DNA from: Octopus vulgaris
Taxonomy: Eukaryota
NCBI GenBank assembly: GCA_951406725.2
Contig: OX597839.1
Span: forward strand, 11,346,001 to 11,410,000
Length of the DNA stretch: 64,000 nucleotides
Reading direction: 5' to 3'
The notes under the pieces: generated by a model
Told to the model about the DNA's origin: nothing
The model's input: the letters and a program-made list of their open reading frames with translations, nothing else
Database searches by the model: none
In this document: positions 1 to 14,444 of the stretch, in pieces
How the letters are laid out: each line of letters opens with the position of its first letter
How positions within the stretch are numbered: the first letter of the stretch is position 1
Program-made: the position numbers and the translations under genes

Positions 1-315
1 GTATCTTCTACTAAAGTCTCGGGCTGACCAAAGCCTTGTGAGTGGATTTGGTAGACGGAAACTGAAAGAAGCCCGTCATATATATGTATATATATATGTA
101 TATGTATATGTTTGTGTGTCTGTGTTTGTCCCCCTAGCATTGCTTGACAACCGATGCTGGTGTGTTTATGTCCCCGTTACTTAGCGGTTCGGCAAAAGAG
201 ACCGATAGAATAAGTACTGGGCTTACAAAAGAATAAGTCCCGGGATCGAGTTGCTCGATTAAAGGCGGTGCTCCAGCATGGCCGCAGTCAAATGACTGAA
301 ACAAGTAAAAGAGTA
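1..315 (+). mobile_element. SINE family A (tRNA-derived, CORE-like body, internal (AT)n/(GT)n), cut by the window edge
   Basis: Matches body and tail of the full copy at 20049-20455 (...ccagcatggccgcagtcaaatgactgaaacaagtaaaagag). Confidence 0.9.
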
Positions 316-879
316 AATGTATCATTGACATCTTGCAGCTACAAGATAATGCATGATTAATTCAAAGCAGTGTGAATAAATAAGCAATATGTTTGACAAA
401 GAAATCTGGATGCTAAATTAATTTAGCAGCAAATCATAATTAAAAATAATTGATATGTATAAATCCAGCTCATCTTGTAGATTATAAATCACTATTTTTT
501 AATAAGTTTACAACATATAAAATCAATTAAATATATATTTCTTTATATTTAATTAATATCATATCTAATACGTATATCTTTATATTTAATTTATATTCAA
601 TATCCTACATAAAACAGCGCTAATGAACAAAATCCATGATATACTCTTATCAGTATATCTCCCTCCAGTCCCTTGCATAACTCCTATATGCTCAATAGAA
701 GAATAAGCATGTGACAAAATGCTTTGTAGCATTTGTTCTGGTTCTCTTCATCCTGGGTTCTAATCCTGCCATGGTCAACTTTTCATTTTGACATCTATAA
801 GATAAAGTGTCAGTCTGTTCCGGGGAATTGGTGGAACTGTCTGAGAGTCAGTTGTCTTTTTAGTTTTTTAATCTTCTGT

Positions 880-1390
880 CTTTCACTTGTTTCAGTCATT
901 TTTGACTGCAGCCATGCTGGGGTACTCGCGATACCAGAGGGCGCACACTCTCCTACCCTGGTGTAATCTCCAGGGATACAGGCATCCAGCAACAGGACCT
1001 CCGTAATGCTATGATGGACCGTGAAGTCTGGCGTAGCATGGTAAATTCCATTATCTCGACCACGGTCGAACAATGATGAACGATGATGACTGCTTTGAAG
1101 GGTTTTAGTTGAACAAATCAACCCCAGGACTTATTTTTTAAAGCCTAGTACTTATTGTATCAGTTTCTTTTGCCAGATTGCTAAGTTACAGGGATGTAAA
1201 CACATCAACGGTGGTACGCATACACACACACACACACACTTTTTTCGGTTTCTGTCTACCAAATCCACTCACAAGGCTTTGGTCAGCCAAAGTTATAGTA
1301 CAAAGCACTTGCTGAAAGGGTCACACAGTGGGACTGAACCCAGGTCCATATGGTTGGGAAGTAAACTTCTTACAATGCAACCATGCCTGT
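880..1390 (-). mobile_element. Diverged SINE family A copy interrupted by an RTE fragment
   Basis: Tail cttgtttcagtcatt...gccatgctgg at ~885-921, resuming at ~1090 and running to the tRNA-like head (gggactgaacc). Confidence 0.8.
924..1089 (+). mobile_element. 5'-truncated RTE-clade LINE 3' end
   Basis: Translates GRTLSYPGVISRDTGIQQQDLRNAMMDREVWRSMVNSIISTTVEQ*, resembling an RTE ORF C-terminus (DTG...DR..WR..V), followed by a (TGA)n-like tail. Confidence 0.75.
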
Positions 1391-1663
1391 TATGCACTAT
1401 TTGTTCTGGATTTTTACATTCCGAATTCCTGGGTGGAAAACTTAATCTTGCCAGTCAGTTTAACACCACAAGGTACCTTCCTTGGATGTCTGTAGTGATG
1501 TTCATTCTGTTGAAAGCGTTCATGGCTAGTCTCTGGTTTCAGGAAAACTTTTTCCTTCCCTCTTGCCAGTCTTGGAGGATATGAAAAAAAGCAAAAGGGT
1601 CTCTTTGGCACTGCCTATCCCTACTTGACAAAATGATACAAAAGTACCCCTGCTCCAACTACA

Positions 1664-1925
1664 TTCATCATCATTGTTTAACGTCCGTTTTCCATGCTAG
1701 CATGGATTGGATGGTTCAACTGGGGTCTGGGAAGCCCAAAGGCTGCACCAGGCCCAGTCTGATCTGGCAGTGTTTCTACGGCTGGATGCCCTTCCTAACA
1801 CCAACCACTCCGTGAGTGTAGTGGGTGCTTTTTACGTGCCACCGGCACAGGTGCCGGACGAGGCTTGCAACAGCCATGATCGGAAGGTGTCTTTTACAAT
1901 CGTGGCCGTTGCCAGCCTCGTCACG
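1664..1925 (-). mobile_element. Non-autonomous retroelement family D (probably RTE-related)
   Basis: gttaggaagggcatccagccgtagaaac motif; 3' palindrome ccatgctagcatgg then aaaacggacgttaaa(tga)n; other copies at 42225, 45369, 54103. Confidence 0.75.
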
Positions 1926-2873
1926 TAAAAAGCATTATTTGATGTATTTGAAGTATCTTTCATTTTTTTTTTTTGCAATTTGAGGGAGATTTAGCTGTTG
2001 TTTCTAGTAAATTGAACCACCATATAGAGGCTTGGTTGTTGGTTTGTCTACTGAAGTTGTTTTAACTTCAGGTCATTTATTTAAAAGTTTAGTTATCGAT
2101 TCACCTCTCCTTTTTATCTTGTGGTACTGTGGCCAGCTGTTTAACCTTCACTTAAATGGAACAACCAGTTTTACAGAGAGGACAATCTGTTCATTCACTG
2201 AAGAGGAATCTACTGAAAGATTTACAAAAGATTTATTGTAATTCTGCTCTCAGCTGATTGTTAGCATTTGTTCTTACAATATAAACAGTTGCGTATAAAA
2301 TTGTACTTTTGTATTTGTATTTGCGGAGGTAAAAATTAAAAACAACAAACCAACCTAAACAAAAAAAAAAATAATATAAAGAAGTAAACAAAAAAAAAAA
2401 TTAAATATAAAACAAATGTAAAAAAAAAAAAAATCAACAGAATGTGTTTATCTTCAAAGATGTCAGTGCTTAGAGAATAAAGAGAGTATAATACAGCAAT
2501 TTTTCCCTGGGCAATGTTCTGGTAAAAATAATATTCGACATTTTAGATGTTCCTATTACACATTGTCTATGAACAATAGCTGGCCACTAAATATGATCTG
2601 ATTAATATTAGTGTAATATTAACAATGTGTACAATCATATCTTTTGTATGTTATTATGTTGATTGTTATTGTTATTGTTGTTGTCTGAGCATTTATCTCT
2701 TTTGGCTTAAGAGACGGAGAGGAGCTGAACAGTCGGGTGAAAGGGAAGCCATGCTAGTTTATTGGCTGGCAGATTATCTGGAACCATTAATTAAGTTAGT
2801 TTTGTTGAATTAGCCTTAATCACGGCTATTAATGATTGGAAAGTTGAAAATAGTTAGGAGCTACATATTTGTT

Positions 2874-3110
2874 ATATACATATGTATATATATATATATA
2901 TACATATGTATATATATATGTATATATATATACATATATATATGCATACATATGTATATATATATACATATATATACACACACACACATATATATATATG
3001 TATATATATATGTGTATGTATATGTATATATGCATATATATATATATATATGCATATATACACACACATACACACACACACACACATACACACACACACA
3101 TATATATATG
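2874..3110. repeat. (AT)n/(AC)n microsatellite
   Basis: Seen directly. Confidence 0.95.
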
Positions 3111-3837
3111 TACAATGTGAAGACAACTAATTGAATCGCAGTAGGAAATCAATTGTTACTGTGATTGTCTCCAAGACATTCTTGTGCTGCCTTAACACAG
3201 AGACACACTGAGTCACTGCCATTGTTAAAGTGTAGCTCAGCTACTTATCGGTCCGACTTACTCAGAGGTGAGCAGCGTTCCCAACCTTGTTTATTACAAG
3301 GTCTTTGAGACTGCAAGAACACGGGAAGAACTCTCAAACCAGAGATCTGTTCTGAGCGCTTGTGTCTGCAGGGTTTTCCTTAAAAGAACCCGTTGGCCAA
3401 GCGATGGCGTTAAACTGCCTGCTGTATTAAATTTACTGTCTATGAATAGGTATAGGCATGGCTGTGTGGTTAGAAGCTTGATTCCTAATCATATGGCTCC
3501 AGGTTCAATCCCACTGTGGAGCTCCTTGAGTGTTTTCTACTATGGCCCCAAGCTAACCAGTGCTTTGTCAGTAAATTTTGTTAGACAGAAATTGAAAGAA
3601 GGCATCTTGTGTGTGTCTGTGTTTGTGTGTGTCCTTATTTTGACATTGCTCAATAGTTGTACAAGTGTCACTGTCATAGAAGATATCTCATTCATTTCCA
3701 GTAATCTACTGGAAGATGTCTCCTGGCCATGAGGAAATATTACCTGGCTTGAAAACAGGTGGGGGTCTTTTTTTTTTGTTTCCAAGACAGCAGTCAAGTT
3801 TCTATGAAATAAACTTCCCATCTCTTATGTTCATGTA

Positions 3838-4056
3838 TATTTCTTTATTGCCCACAAGGGGCTAAACATAGAGGAGACAAACGGATTAAGTTGATTACAT
3901 CGACCCCAGTGCGCAACTTGTACTTAATTTATCAACCCCCCGAAAGGATGAAAGGCAAAGTCGACCTCGGCGGAATTTGAACTCAGAACGTAACAGCAGA
4001 CGAAATACGGCTACGCATTTTGCCGGTGTGCTAACCTTTCTGCCAGCTCGCCGCCC
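3838..4056 (-). mobile_element. SINE family B (central gtcgactttgcctttcatcctttcggggtcgataa, Meta-SINE-like), full length with TSD
   Basis: Head ggcggcgagctggcagaa, tail gccccttgtgggcaataaagaaata; flanked by direct repeat tctcttatgttcat. Confidence 0.9.
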
Positions 4057-4816
4057 TCTCTTATGTTCATATAACTAAATGAAAAACATGGTGCTTGTGC
4101 TTCAGTAGGTGGATGTGTGCAAGTAATTTAGATGGGTTTAATAAAAGAATTAATTAATAACCTGGTGTCGGGGAAACTTAATTTAAACAAGGCTCTTCTT
4201 CATAGAGTGTTTTAATTTAAAATATTTTCAGATAGATAGCTTGATATTCTAAAATGAAAGAAGGGGGGACTGTGGCCAAAAAAGATTTTAATTCTTGTTT
4301 TCATTTTTCTGTTGAAACACAATGTCTTTGCTTCAATTTATTTTGAAAATGGTGAAGAATTTAATAAAATTACTTGGTCATTATTAAACGGATGTTTGGA
4401 ACATAAATTAACGTGAAACTTTGATGGAAGCTTGTAATTCAGATCACTTTAAAACAGGAAGTTTGTACCAAACAGCCAGGAGTGGTATTGAGTGTATTGG
4501 TATGAAAAGGTCTAAATTGAGAAACACTTGCTTAAAGGATTTTAAATAGTAGTAGTAGCAGCAGCAGCAATAATAATAATGATGATGATGATGATAATTT
4601 TGGATTCTGGCACAAGGCCTGAAATTTTATGAGTGGTGGTGGGTAAGTCACTTGTATTGAGTGCTCAACTGGTACTTATTTTATCAACCCCAAGAAGATG
4701 AAAGGCAAAGTTGACCTCGGCAGAATTTGAACTCAGAACATAAAGATGGACGAAATGTCTGCTAAGTATTTCATCCAGCATGCTAACGATTCTGTCAGCT
4801 CACCGCCTTAATGCCT

Positions 4817-5155
4817 GGGACCCCCTTCGGTCACGACACTGACCATGGGATTGCACCTAGAAAGTTACCCTCCTAGTCACAAGTCTGGGCAAAGTGGTTT
4901 GTGGAAGACCAGCAGTCGCCCGTGGATACCGGCCTCCCTTCTCCATGCCACCAGTGTTATCCAAGGGAAAGGCAAAGGGGCCGATACAGCTTGGCACCTG
5001 TGACGTCGCAACTCATTTCTACAGCTGAGTGAACTGGAGCAACGTGAAATAAAGTGTCTTGCTCAAGAACACAACATGCAGCCCCGTCCGGGATTCGAGC
5101 TCACAATCTCACGATCGTAAGCTCGACGCTCTAACCACTGAGCCATGCACCTTCA
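4817..5155 (-). mobile_element. SINE family C (tRNA head plus CORE domain)
   Basis: A box tggctcagtgg, B-box-like gctcgaatccc, CORE-like ttcttgagcaagacactttatttcacgttgctccag; TSD-like caccgYcttaat on both sides; close copy at 57108-57447. Confidence 0.88.
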
Positions 5156-5956
5156 CACCGTCTTAATAATGATAATAATAATGATAGTAATGATGATAAT
5201 AATGCCCTGGGAGTTGGGGAAACACTTGGCAAGAAATGGAAGCGAAATTGAAAGAAGAAAATCTCGTAATAATAATAATGTAATTCAGGGTTGTCTTTGA
5301 TCATAAGTCTATCCAAGTTGGAGGGAAACTGCAACAACAACTAACAAGTGAGGCCATTTTTCTTTAAGATGAATTATGTGAAGCTGGCTGGCCTTTGACA
5401 TACATTACAAGGAGATGGCCTAAGTAAAGGTTTACTGAGACTGTGAAAATTTCATACATAGTTTGATGACCCCGCCGAACCAAGTGGATGCTGCACTTTC
5501 ATTCAGTGTACATATTCTACAATGGTTTTGATGTCATTCAAGAATGTATTCGCGTAGTCTTGACACTTCTTCTCTTTTAATATTTTTCTGAAATGGATTT
5601 GATGCCTGGTGACATGTGCAACGATTGTGAAAAGGCTGCAGTGAAAAGATAAATAAATCGATTGTTGGAGGGGGGGGGATTGTGGTCAGTGGTTTTATTC
5701 CCCAAACTCCTGTGCTATGCTGAAGTGGGGGGCGTGGTGGGGGAAGGATGGTGGCAAAGCTTTTCAGTTCAGCAAAGTAGCATCTTCATCGTCAACAGTG
5801 GTGGCTGCGGAGGCCGTGGCAGCAGCATCATTAGTCCACTCAGCTGTCCACTTAATGGTGGTGGAGTGTTACATCAGGAGGCAGCACTATTCAGCTATGA
5901 AACATCTGCTTAAAGAACCATGTGACAATTTCAATAGTGCCACTTTGCTTTATGTT

Positions 5957-6674
<718 letters not shown>

Positions 6675-7011
6675 TTGTCTCTTTAACTACTCTTGTTGTT
6701 GTTGTCTGAATTTATTTATTCCTATGTCTCTTTGTTTCAACTGTTCTTACTGTAATCTTTGGAACAGAGATAGATGTGTGAACATAGCCCGACAGTGTTG
6801 ACATGTTGTTGTCTAGCTTGTATTTTATTTACTTATTTATACAGTTATATATAGCATACAAGTGTCATGCAGTTTATTGTAATACTGTTATCGTAATAAC
6901 GTAATGTAGTTGTTGTTGTGTGGTTTCAGCAGGTATGTACTTCAGGTTCCAAACAAACTGACTGTGGCCATGCTGGTTTATGTCCAAAATCAATATGTTA
7001 AAATAAGTTTG

Positions 7012-7337
7012 GGATTTTTTCAGTTTGCACGGCAGTTTTTAAAAATAATTTCCACGTAACTAAAAAATTTTAAACTTCGTATACTGGTAGAATGTGTTTA
7101 TAAAACATCTTTTTCTCTTGGCTTTATTGAGAAAATTCAATAGTTTGTAAGATATTTGTTGTTTTTATTCTTCAATTTCTGCAATTTCAACCAATCAATG
7201 ACGTCTATTGAGGTGAAAACATTGTGTGCCGTATGAATATGTCCCTCGTTTAAGAAACAGATTGGGTTTATTTACATTTCTGAAGAAAAAAAGATCCCCT
7301 TCTCCCCCACCCTTAACCCTAAAACAGATTGAAATGC
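7012..7337 (+). mobile_element. MITE family G, partial (left TIR plus body)
   Basis: Aligns to 46310-46723; ends at an old family D-like copy at ~7337. Confidence 0.85.
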
Positions 7338-8003
7338 ATCATCATCTAGCATCCTCCTTCGATGCTGGCATGGGTTGGATGGTTTAACAGGAGCTGGCAA
7401 GTCAGAAGACTTGCATCAAGCCCTACTGTCTGCTTTGGCATGGTTTCTGTGGCTGAATGCCCTTCCTAATACCAATCACTTTACAGGGTTTACAGGATGG
7501 ATTTTTGTTCTTTTATGTGGCACCAGCAGCAGTGAGGTCGCCAAATAACTTGCAAGACAAGACCCAACTTAGCTGAGTCGGGGAGTAGTATGGAAGGAGA
7601 TGACTTTGTACCAGGTGATGAGAAGTTAAAGTATAAACAGAGTGACAGAAATAGAATTGGCTGACAGTATTTGTTCTGGAATAGTATTCAGTTGGCTTCC
7701 TGTTCACTGGTTATTTCTAGCAAAATAGATGATCGACACGGGGGTATTCGAGAGAGAGATATAAAAGGAGTATTTAAAGATGTTTCAACTTTTCAGTTGT
7801 CTCTTCATGGGATTACAACATCTCTTTGTATAGTGATTGGCAAACTAGTTTTCTCTCTCAAGCAAGTGACACTCACCAATTTCAGATAACTTATGTTTGT
7901 CACGTACATATAAATATCTGTGTGTGTGCCATTTATGTATATGTGTGTGTGTATGTAATATATAACAAATGTGCATGTGTGTGTATGTAATATATTTTTT
8001 TAC

Positions 8004-8370
8004 TCTTTTACTTATTTCAGTCATTTGACTGCGGCCATGCTGGAGCATCGCCTTCAATCGAGCAACTCGACCCTGGGACTTATTCTTTTGTAAGCCCAGT
8101 ACTTATTCTATCGGTCTCTTTTGCTGAACCGCTAAGTAACGGGGACATAAACACACCAGCATCGGTTATCAAGCAATGCTAGGGGACAAACACACACACG
8201 CATATATATACATATATACGACAGGCTTCTTTCAGTTTCCGTCTACCAAATCCACTCACAAGGCTTTGGTCGGCCTGAGGTTATAGTAGAAGACACTTGC
8301 CCAAGGTGCCAAGCAGTGGGACTGAACCCGGAACCATGTGGTTGGTAGACAAACTACTTATCACACAGCC
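8004..8370 (-). mobile_element. SINE family A
   Basis: Near full-length reverse-complement match to 20049-20455. Confidence 0.92.
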
Positions 8371-8630
8371 TATATGTATATGTAATATACATATATATCT
8401 GTATTAGTGTGTGTGTGTGTAAGGTGGCAAGCTGGCGGAATCATTAGTACTGTAGGCAAAATGCTTTGTGGTACTTCCTGTCTTTGTGTTCTGAGTTTAA
8501 ACTCCACTGAGGTCGACTTTGCCTTTCATCCTTTTGAGGGTTGATAAAATAAGCACCAGTTGAACACTGGGGTTGATGTAATCTACTTAACTTTCCTCCG
8601 AACTTGCTGGCCTTGTGCCAAAATTAGTGA

Positions 8631-9320
<690 letters not shown>

Positions 9321-9918
9321 GTAATATTCATGTGATATATGTGAGTGTGATATATAACAAATCTATATGTGCGCTTGTGTATGTGTAACGTGTGTGTGTA
9401 TAGTATATCCATAATGCATTTAAGATGTTCACACACACACACACACACACACACACAATGTTCATAGATTTCTTTGGAATTTGTTGAATGACTAGAGTGA
9501 AGAGGTGGAGTATTAAACTGGTGATTTAACAAGGCAATGAAGAAGAAGAAGAAGAAATAGATAAAGAAAACAAAAAGAAACCTGGCCATGCTTCTACTTT
9601 TCCTCTCGGGTTTCAGGCTAATGGGTTGGGAATATCATATTTCTCTCGAAAATACATTTATTATCTTTCCGTGTAATATAGCTTTACTAAAGCAACTGGT
9701 GCAAATTGCACATGCTTGTAAAATAACATGTACACTATTCCTATAACATATTTCAATCACAGCTATTATAACAATCGACAAGAGAGCGGCGGTGGTGGTG
9801 GTGGTATGGTGGTGGTGGTGGTGGTGGTGGTGGTGTGTTTATTGTAGAGTAAGTCTGACTTCATCATGAAACCTAGCATGAAATTATAGAACTGTATGTG
9901 TGTGCATGTATGTGTATG

Positions 9919-9969
<51 letters not shown>

Positions 9970-10763
9970 ATGTGTGTGTTTGTGATATAATGTATGTACA
10001 TATATACATACATGTATATATACACGTGTGTATGTATGTATGTATATGTACATATATATATATGTATATATGTATGTATGTATATGTACATATATATATA
10101 TATGTATATATGTATGTTTGTATGTATGTATATGTACATATGTATATATGTATGTATATATATGTACATATATACATGTATGTGTATTTTGTGTATGTAT
10201 GTTTTGATGTATATTATAGAAGTATGTTAACTGCTGCACATCTTATATTTATTTGATCTAACCATCCAGTTTCACCATGCTAATAATGTTCTAATCATAA
10301 TATAATGGGATATTTTTTCTTCTGTTTTTTTTGCTGGTTTACAACCGTGCCCATGCTGGGGCATGACCTTTGGTTTCTCTCTTGTCATTTATGTTGAACC
10401 CCAACTCACTGCACTTTTGGTCAGGTATTACTTGTTTGATTGAGTTCTGTTTAACTAATGGTTAAGTCATCTTTTTCGGTAGAGAATAAGCACCGTTAAG
10501 AATATATGTATGCAATGCGATGGTTTATGGGCAACCCATGGTGTGTATGTGCCTTGCTTGCTCACCAGCGGGCTGCAGTTGTGTGTGATGGGGATGACTC
10601 GATCAAAGGTGTTAAAACTCACTCCAAATCCGATTCAGGAGTGATGGACATGGATGTTTTGCCATTTTTGTGGCTCGTCAACATTGCATACCTGAACTGA
10701 ACTGGAAGCGACTGAATTGCCAGTCCATGGCTATATACAAATAGTGTAAAAACCATTTTCTTA

Positions 10764-10967
10764 TTTCTTTACTACCCACAAGGGGCTACACACAGAGGGA
10801 ACAAAGGGATTAAGTTGATTACATCAACCCCAGTGCGTAACTGGTACTTAATTTATCGACCCCGAATGGATGAAAGGCAAAGTCGACCTCAGCAGAGTTT
10901 GAACTCAGAACGTAACGGCAAATGAAATACCGCTAAGCATTTCGCCTGTCATGCTAACGTTTCTGCC
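10764..10967 (-). mobile_element. SINE family B, slightly 5'-truncated
   Basis: Matches the family B body and tail. Confidence 0.88.
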
Positions 10968-11128
10968 CCTTTTTTGTTTGTTGCTGTTTATCCCTTGGTC
11001 AGACTTCTACTATGACAATTTTGGTTGAACTTTGTGCATGACTTGTTTGTTCAATTAGCAGGACACATAATTGTAAGTGATGACTGTGAGGATAAAGTCA
11101 GTAGGTTCTTTTTGTTGAAAGTCTGTTT

Positions 11129-11648
11129 TGAGTGTAGTCTGCTGACCTTGAGTGTAAAGTCTGCTAGCACAAAGTCTGATGGCCCTGAGCACAAAGTCTG
11201 ACAGTCCTTAGCACAAAGTCTGATGGACCTTAACACAACTCTGTTGGCCCTGAGTGCAATGTCTGCCAGCCTTGAGTGCAAAGTCTGCTGGCCCTGAGCA
11301 TAAAATCTGCTGACCATGAGCACAAAGTCTGCCGGCCCTGAACACAAAGTCTGCCGGCCTTGAGTGCAAAGTCTGCTGGCCCCCAAGTGCAAAGTATGCC
11401 GACCCCAAGTGCAAAGTCTTCCGGCCCCGAGTGCAAAGTCTGCCGGCCCCGAGTGCAATGTCTGCTGGCCCTGAGCACAATGTCTACCAGCCCTGAGCGC
11501 AATGTCTGCTGGCTTTGAGTGCAAAGTCTGCCGGCCCTGAGTGTAAAATCTGCCGGCACCGAGTGCAAAGTCTACCGGCCCCGAGTGCAAAGTCTGCTGG
11601 CCCAGAGTGCAAAGTCTGCCGGCCCAGAGTGCAAAGTCTGCCGGCCTA
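11129..11648. repeat. 22-bp minisatellite, ~24 units, consensus GAGTGCAAAGTCTGCCGGCCCY
   Basis: Units recur at 22-bp spacing (e.g. 11429, 11451, ... 11561, 11583, 11605, 11627); degenerate at the left end, homogeneous at the right. Confidence 0.95.
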
Positions 11649-12262
11649 AATTATATATTTTTATTGAGGAAAAGTTGACTCAAACAGCTTGCTGGCATAA
11701 TTGTTAGCACACTGGGCAAAAAGCTATGTGTGTGTGGTGGGGGTACATGTGTCATCATTCTTGTCCTTATTTCGCATCCTTTTTCCATACTGGCATGAGT
11801 TAGCTGGTTCAACAGGATCCAGCAATTCAAACAGTAAGTCAGCAAAATTGTTAGCATACTAGGCAAAATGCTTGGCAGTATTTCATCCATCCATCTTTAT
11901 GTTCTGATTTCAAGTTCTGCTGGGGTTGACTTTGCCTTTCATCCTTTTGGGATGGATAAAACAAGTAACAGTCAAGCACTGGGGTTGGTACAATTGACTT
12001 AACTACTCTTGGGTATGAATATAAAAACTGCACTCCTCTACCAAGCCATGTTGAGCCAGTGTGGCAGAGTAGGCTCATCAAACCAGTATGATCTCAAGCC
12101 ATTCTCTGGGGGAATCATTCTCTGATGCTGCATACTCCATCTTGCAGTGGACTGAATGGGGACAATCCAACCCAGTCTGATCCAATTCAAACACTTGGTA
12201 TATATAAACTTTATGTAGGGGTGTTTGATTAAAGATTTTCAACAGTCTAAATTATTTATTTA

Positions 12263-12502
12263 AGTTAAGTTAACTTTTTGGCTCAAAAAGCAAAAAGCAA
12301 GGCCATGTAGAGGGACGTGGAGTTATGTACAGGGAGGGTGTTTATGCAAAGAGTTCAGGCCATTTCTGGTCAAGAGAGTCTTTGAACCGAGCGGTTGTTG
12401 GCATCTTCACTATCTCGTCCGGCAGCTTATTCCACGGATCTGCAACCTGGATGGAGAAAGCCCCTCTCCTTCGATTGAGATGAAATCATCGCAGATAGAG
12501 CT
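12263..12502 (-). mobile_element. CR1-type LINE 3' fragment
   Basis: Reverse complement of the 3' part of 14620-14966, including the PWNKL region and (TTAAC)n tail. Confidence 0.85.
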
Positions 12503-13227
12503 TCTAACATATTTGCATTTAAGCTTGCAGAATGCTCCTTTGGGGTATTGCTCCTCCCTCTACATTTGTAGTTGACTGACTTTTTGTGTAAGATCAGGCA
12601 AACTTAATCTGCTGGTTTACATCAGTTTTCTCTGAATCTTTGTCAACCAATACAAAGAAATCTCAATAGTGTCAATGCCAGCAGCAATTTATGTTTAGTC
12701 TGTATTGACAGAGGAGATTGTGATTAGATTTGATTACAATTCTTTACTGAAGAGAACTATTGCTCTTTGCAGGAGGTTGTTAAATAGTATAATTATTTCT
12801 AAATTATCTGAGGCACCATTCTAAGTCCTTGACGTATTGTAACTTTTATATTCATTGAGACTATCATGTTTTTTTTTTAATGGTATTCTTGCCTGATTTT
12901 GTCATGGACTCCCTCTCTGTTTTCAAATTTGGGCAATTAAATTTGGGGGAATTCTTTGAGGATTTCAGTTTTCAACTACGATAACTCTATGTATGTATGT
13001 ATGTATGTATGTATGTACGTATGTGTGTGTGTGTGTGTGAGATCATATTCGTCTATGTTTAGCATCTGCTTTCCATACTGGCATGAGTTAATGGTTTGAC
13101 AGGATCCAGTAAGTCACAGAACTGCATTGAGCTGCAATAGTTGCTTTGGCATAGATTCTATGGATGGATGCTCTTCTTAATGCCAACTTCTTTTGGGGGG
13201 ATACTAGGTACTTACATGTGTGTTTGT

Positions 13228-13800
13228 AGGCACAGATATGGCTGTGTGGTTAGGAAGCTTGCTTCTCAACCACATCATTTTGGGTTCAGTCCCACTATGT
13301 GAGACCTTGGGCAAGTCTCTTCTGCTAAAGGCGGCAAGCTGGCAGAAACGTTAGCACACCGGGCAAAATGCTTAGCGGTATTTCGTCTGCCATTACGTTC
13401 TGAGTTCAAATTCTGCCATGGCCGACTTTGCCTTTCATCCTTTCGGGGTCGATAAATTAAGTACCAGTTACGCACTGGGGTCGATATAATTGACTTAATC
13501 TGTTTGTCTGTCCTTGTTTGTCCCCTCTGTGTTTAGCCTCTTGTGGGTAGTAAAGAAATAGGTATTTCGTTTGCTGTTATGTTCTGAGTTCAAATTCCGC
13601 TGAGGCCGACTTTGCCTTTCATCCTTTCGGGGTCAATAAATTAAGTACCAGTTACGCACTGGGGTCGATGTAATCGACTTAATACCTTCATTTGTCCCCT
13701 CTATGTTTAGCCCCTTGTGGGCAATAAAGAAATAAGTGTCTTCTGCTATAGCCTCAGGCTGACTGAAGCCTTGTGATTGAATCTGGTAAGCGAAAGTTCC
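13228..13800 (+). mobile_element. SINE family A with an inserted SINE B dimer (13329-13735)
   Basis: Family A head split; dimer flanked by a ~15-bp TSD aagt(c/g)tcttctgcta. Confidence 0.85.
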
Positions 13801-14444
13801 CATCATGCATATACATACATGTGAAAGTTCTGGTGTCTCCTTTAACATGTATGTGTGTGTGTGTAATATGAGGCCTGTCCAGTTCATCTAAGCATAGACA
13901 TAGTAATCACTGGTATTGATGATGATGATGATGGTGCATGCGAGTATATCTATGCATACATAATCAATTCTATATTCTACACTGTCATTATTTCAATAGG
14001 TATCAAAACACCTGAGAAGGTTCTGATAGAAACATTTTAGTTTTCACTCTATTGAAAACGGTATTTTTTTTTCTGTTCTTTCATTTAACATTTCTGTGTA
14101 TTTTTGAACAACTTCAAAGAGCTGCTAATAATTCTTGCACTCTCTACTTCATGATGACATATTGTTTTTTTGTGCTCTCTCATCTTTTGCAAATTTGGTA
14201 TTGCAATCTTAATCTAATTCGAACTAAATTTAATTAACACTAGTTTAGATTGACCTTTCGTTAAATGAATGACGACAACTCTCTGTTTTCTGTGCACCTT
14301 TGCTGAAATTGTCAGCTTTTATGTAGTCTGCAATATTTCCCAATTAAGAGAGTTGATTTTTTTTTTTCAAAAAATTATGGTTTTATTATTATTATTACCA
14401 ATTCTGAGGATACACCTGTGAGAATTAAAAGGAAATATAAAAGG

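Noticed and set aside
2198-2225. CTGAAGA...GAAA word (also at 22257)
   Set aside because: No stem II or stem I pairing, so it is not a hammerhead
5662-5913. GC-richer ORFs (83 aa and 174 aa)
   Set aside because: Low-complexity, no recognisable domain, no clear splice signals
11051-11590. 179-aa repetitive ORF and a CRISPR-like appearance
   Set aside because: The 22-bp period is not a multiple of 3, several frames are open, and there are no unique spacers or cas genes; it is a minisatellite
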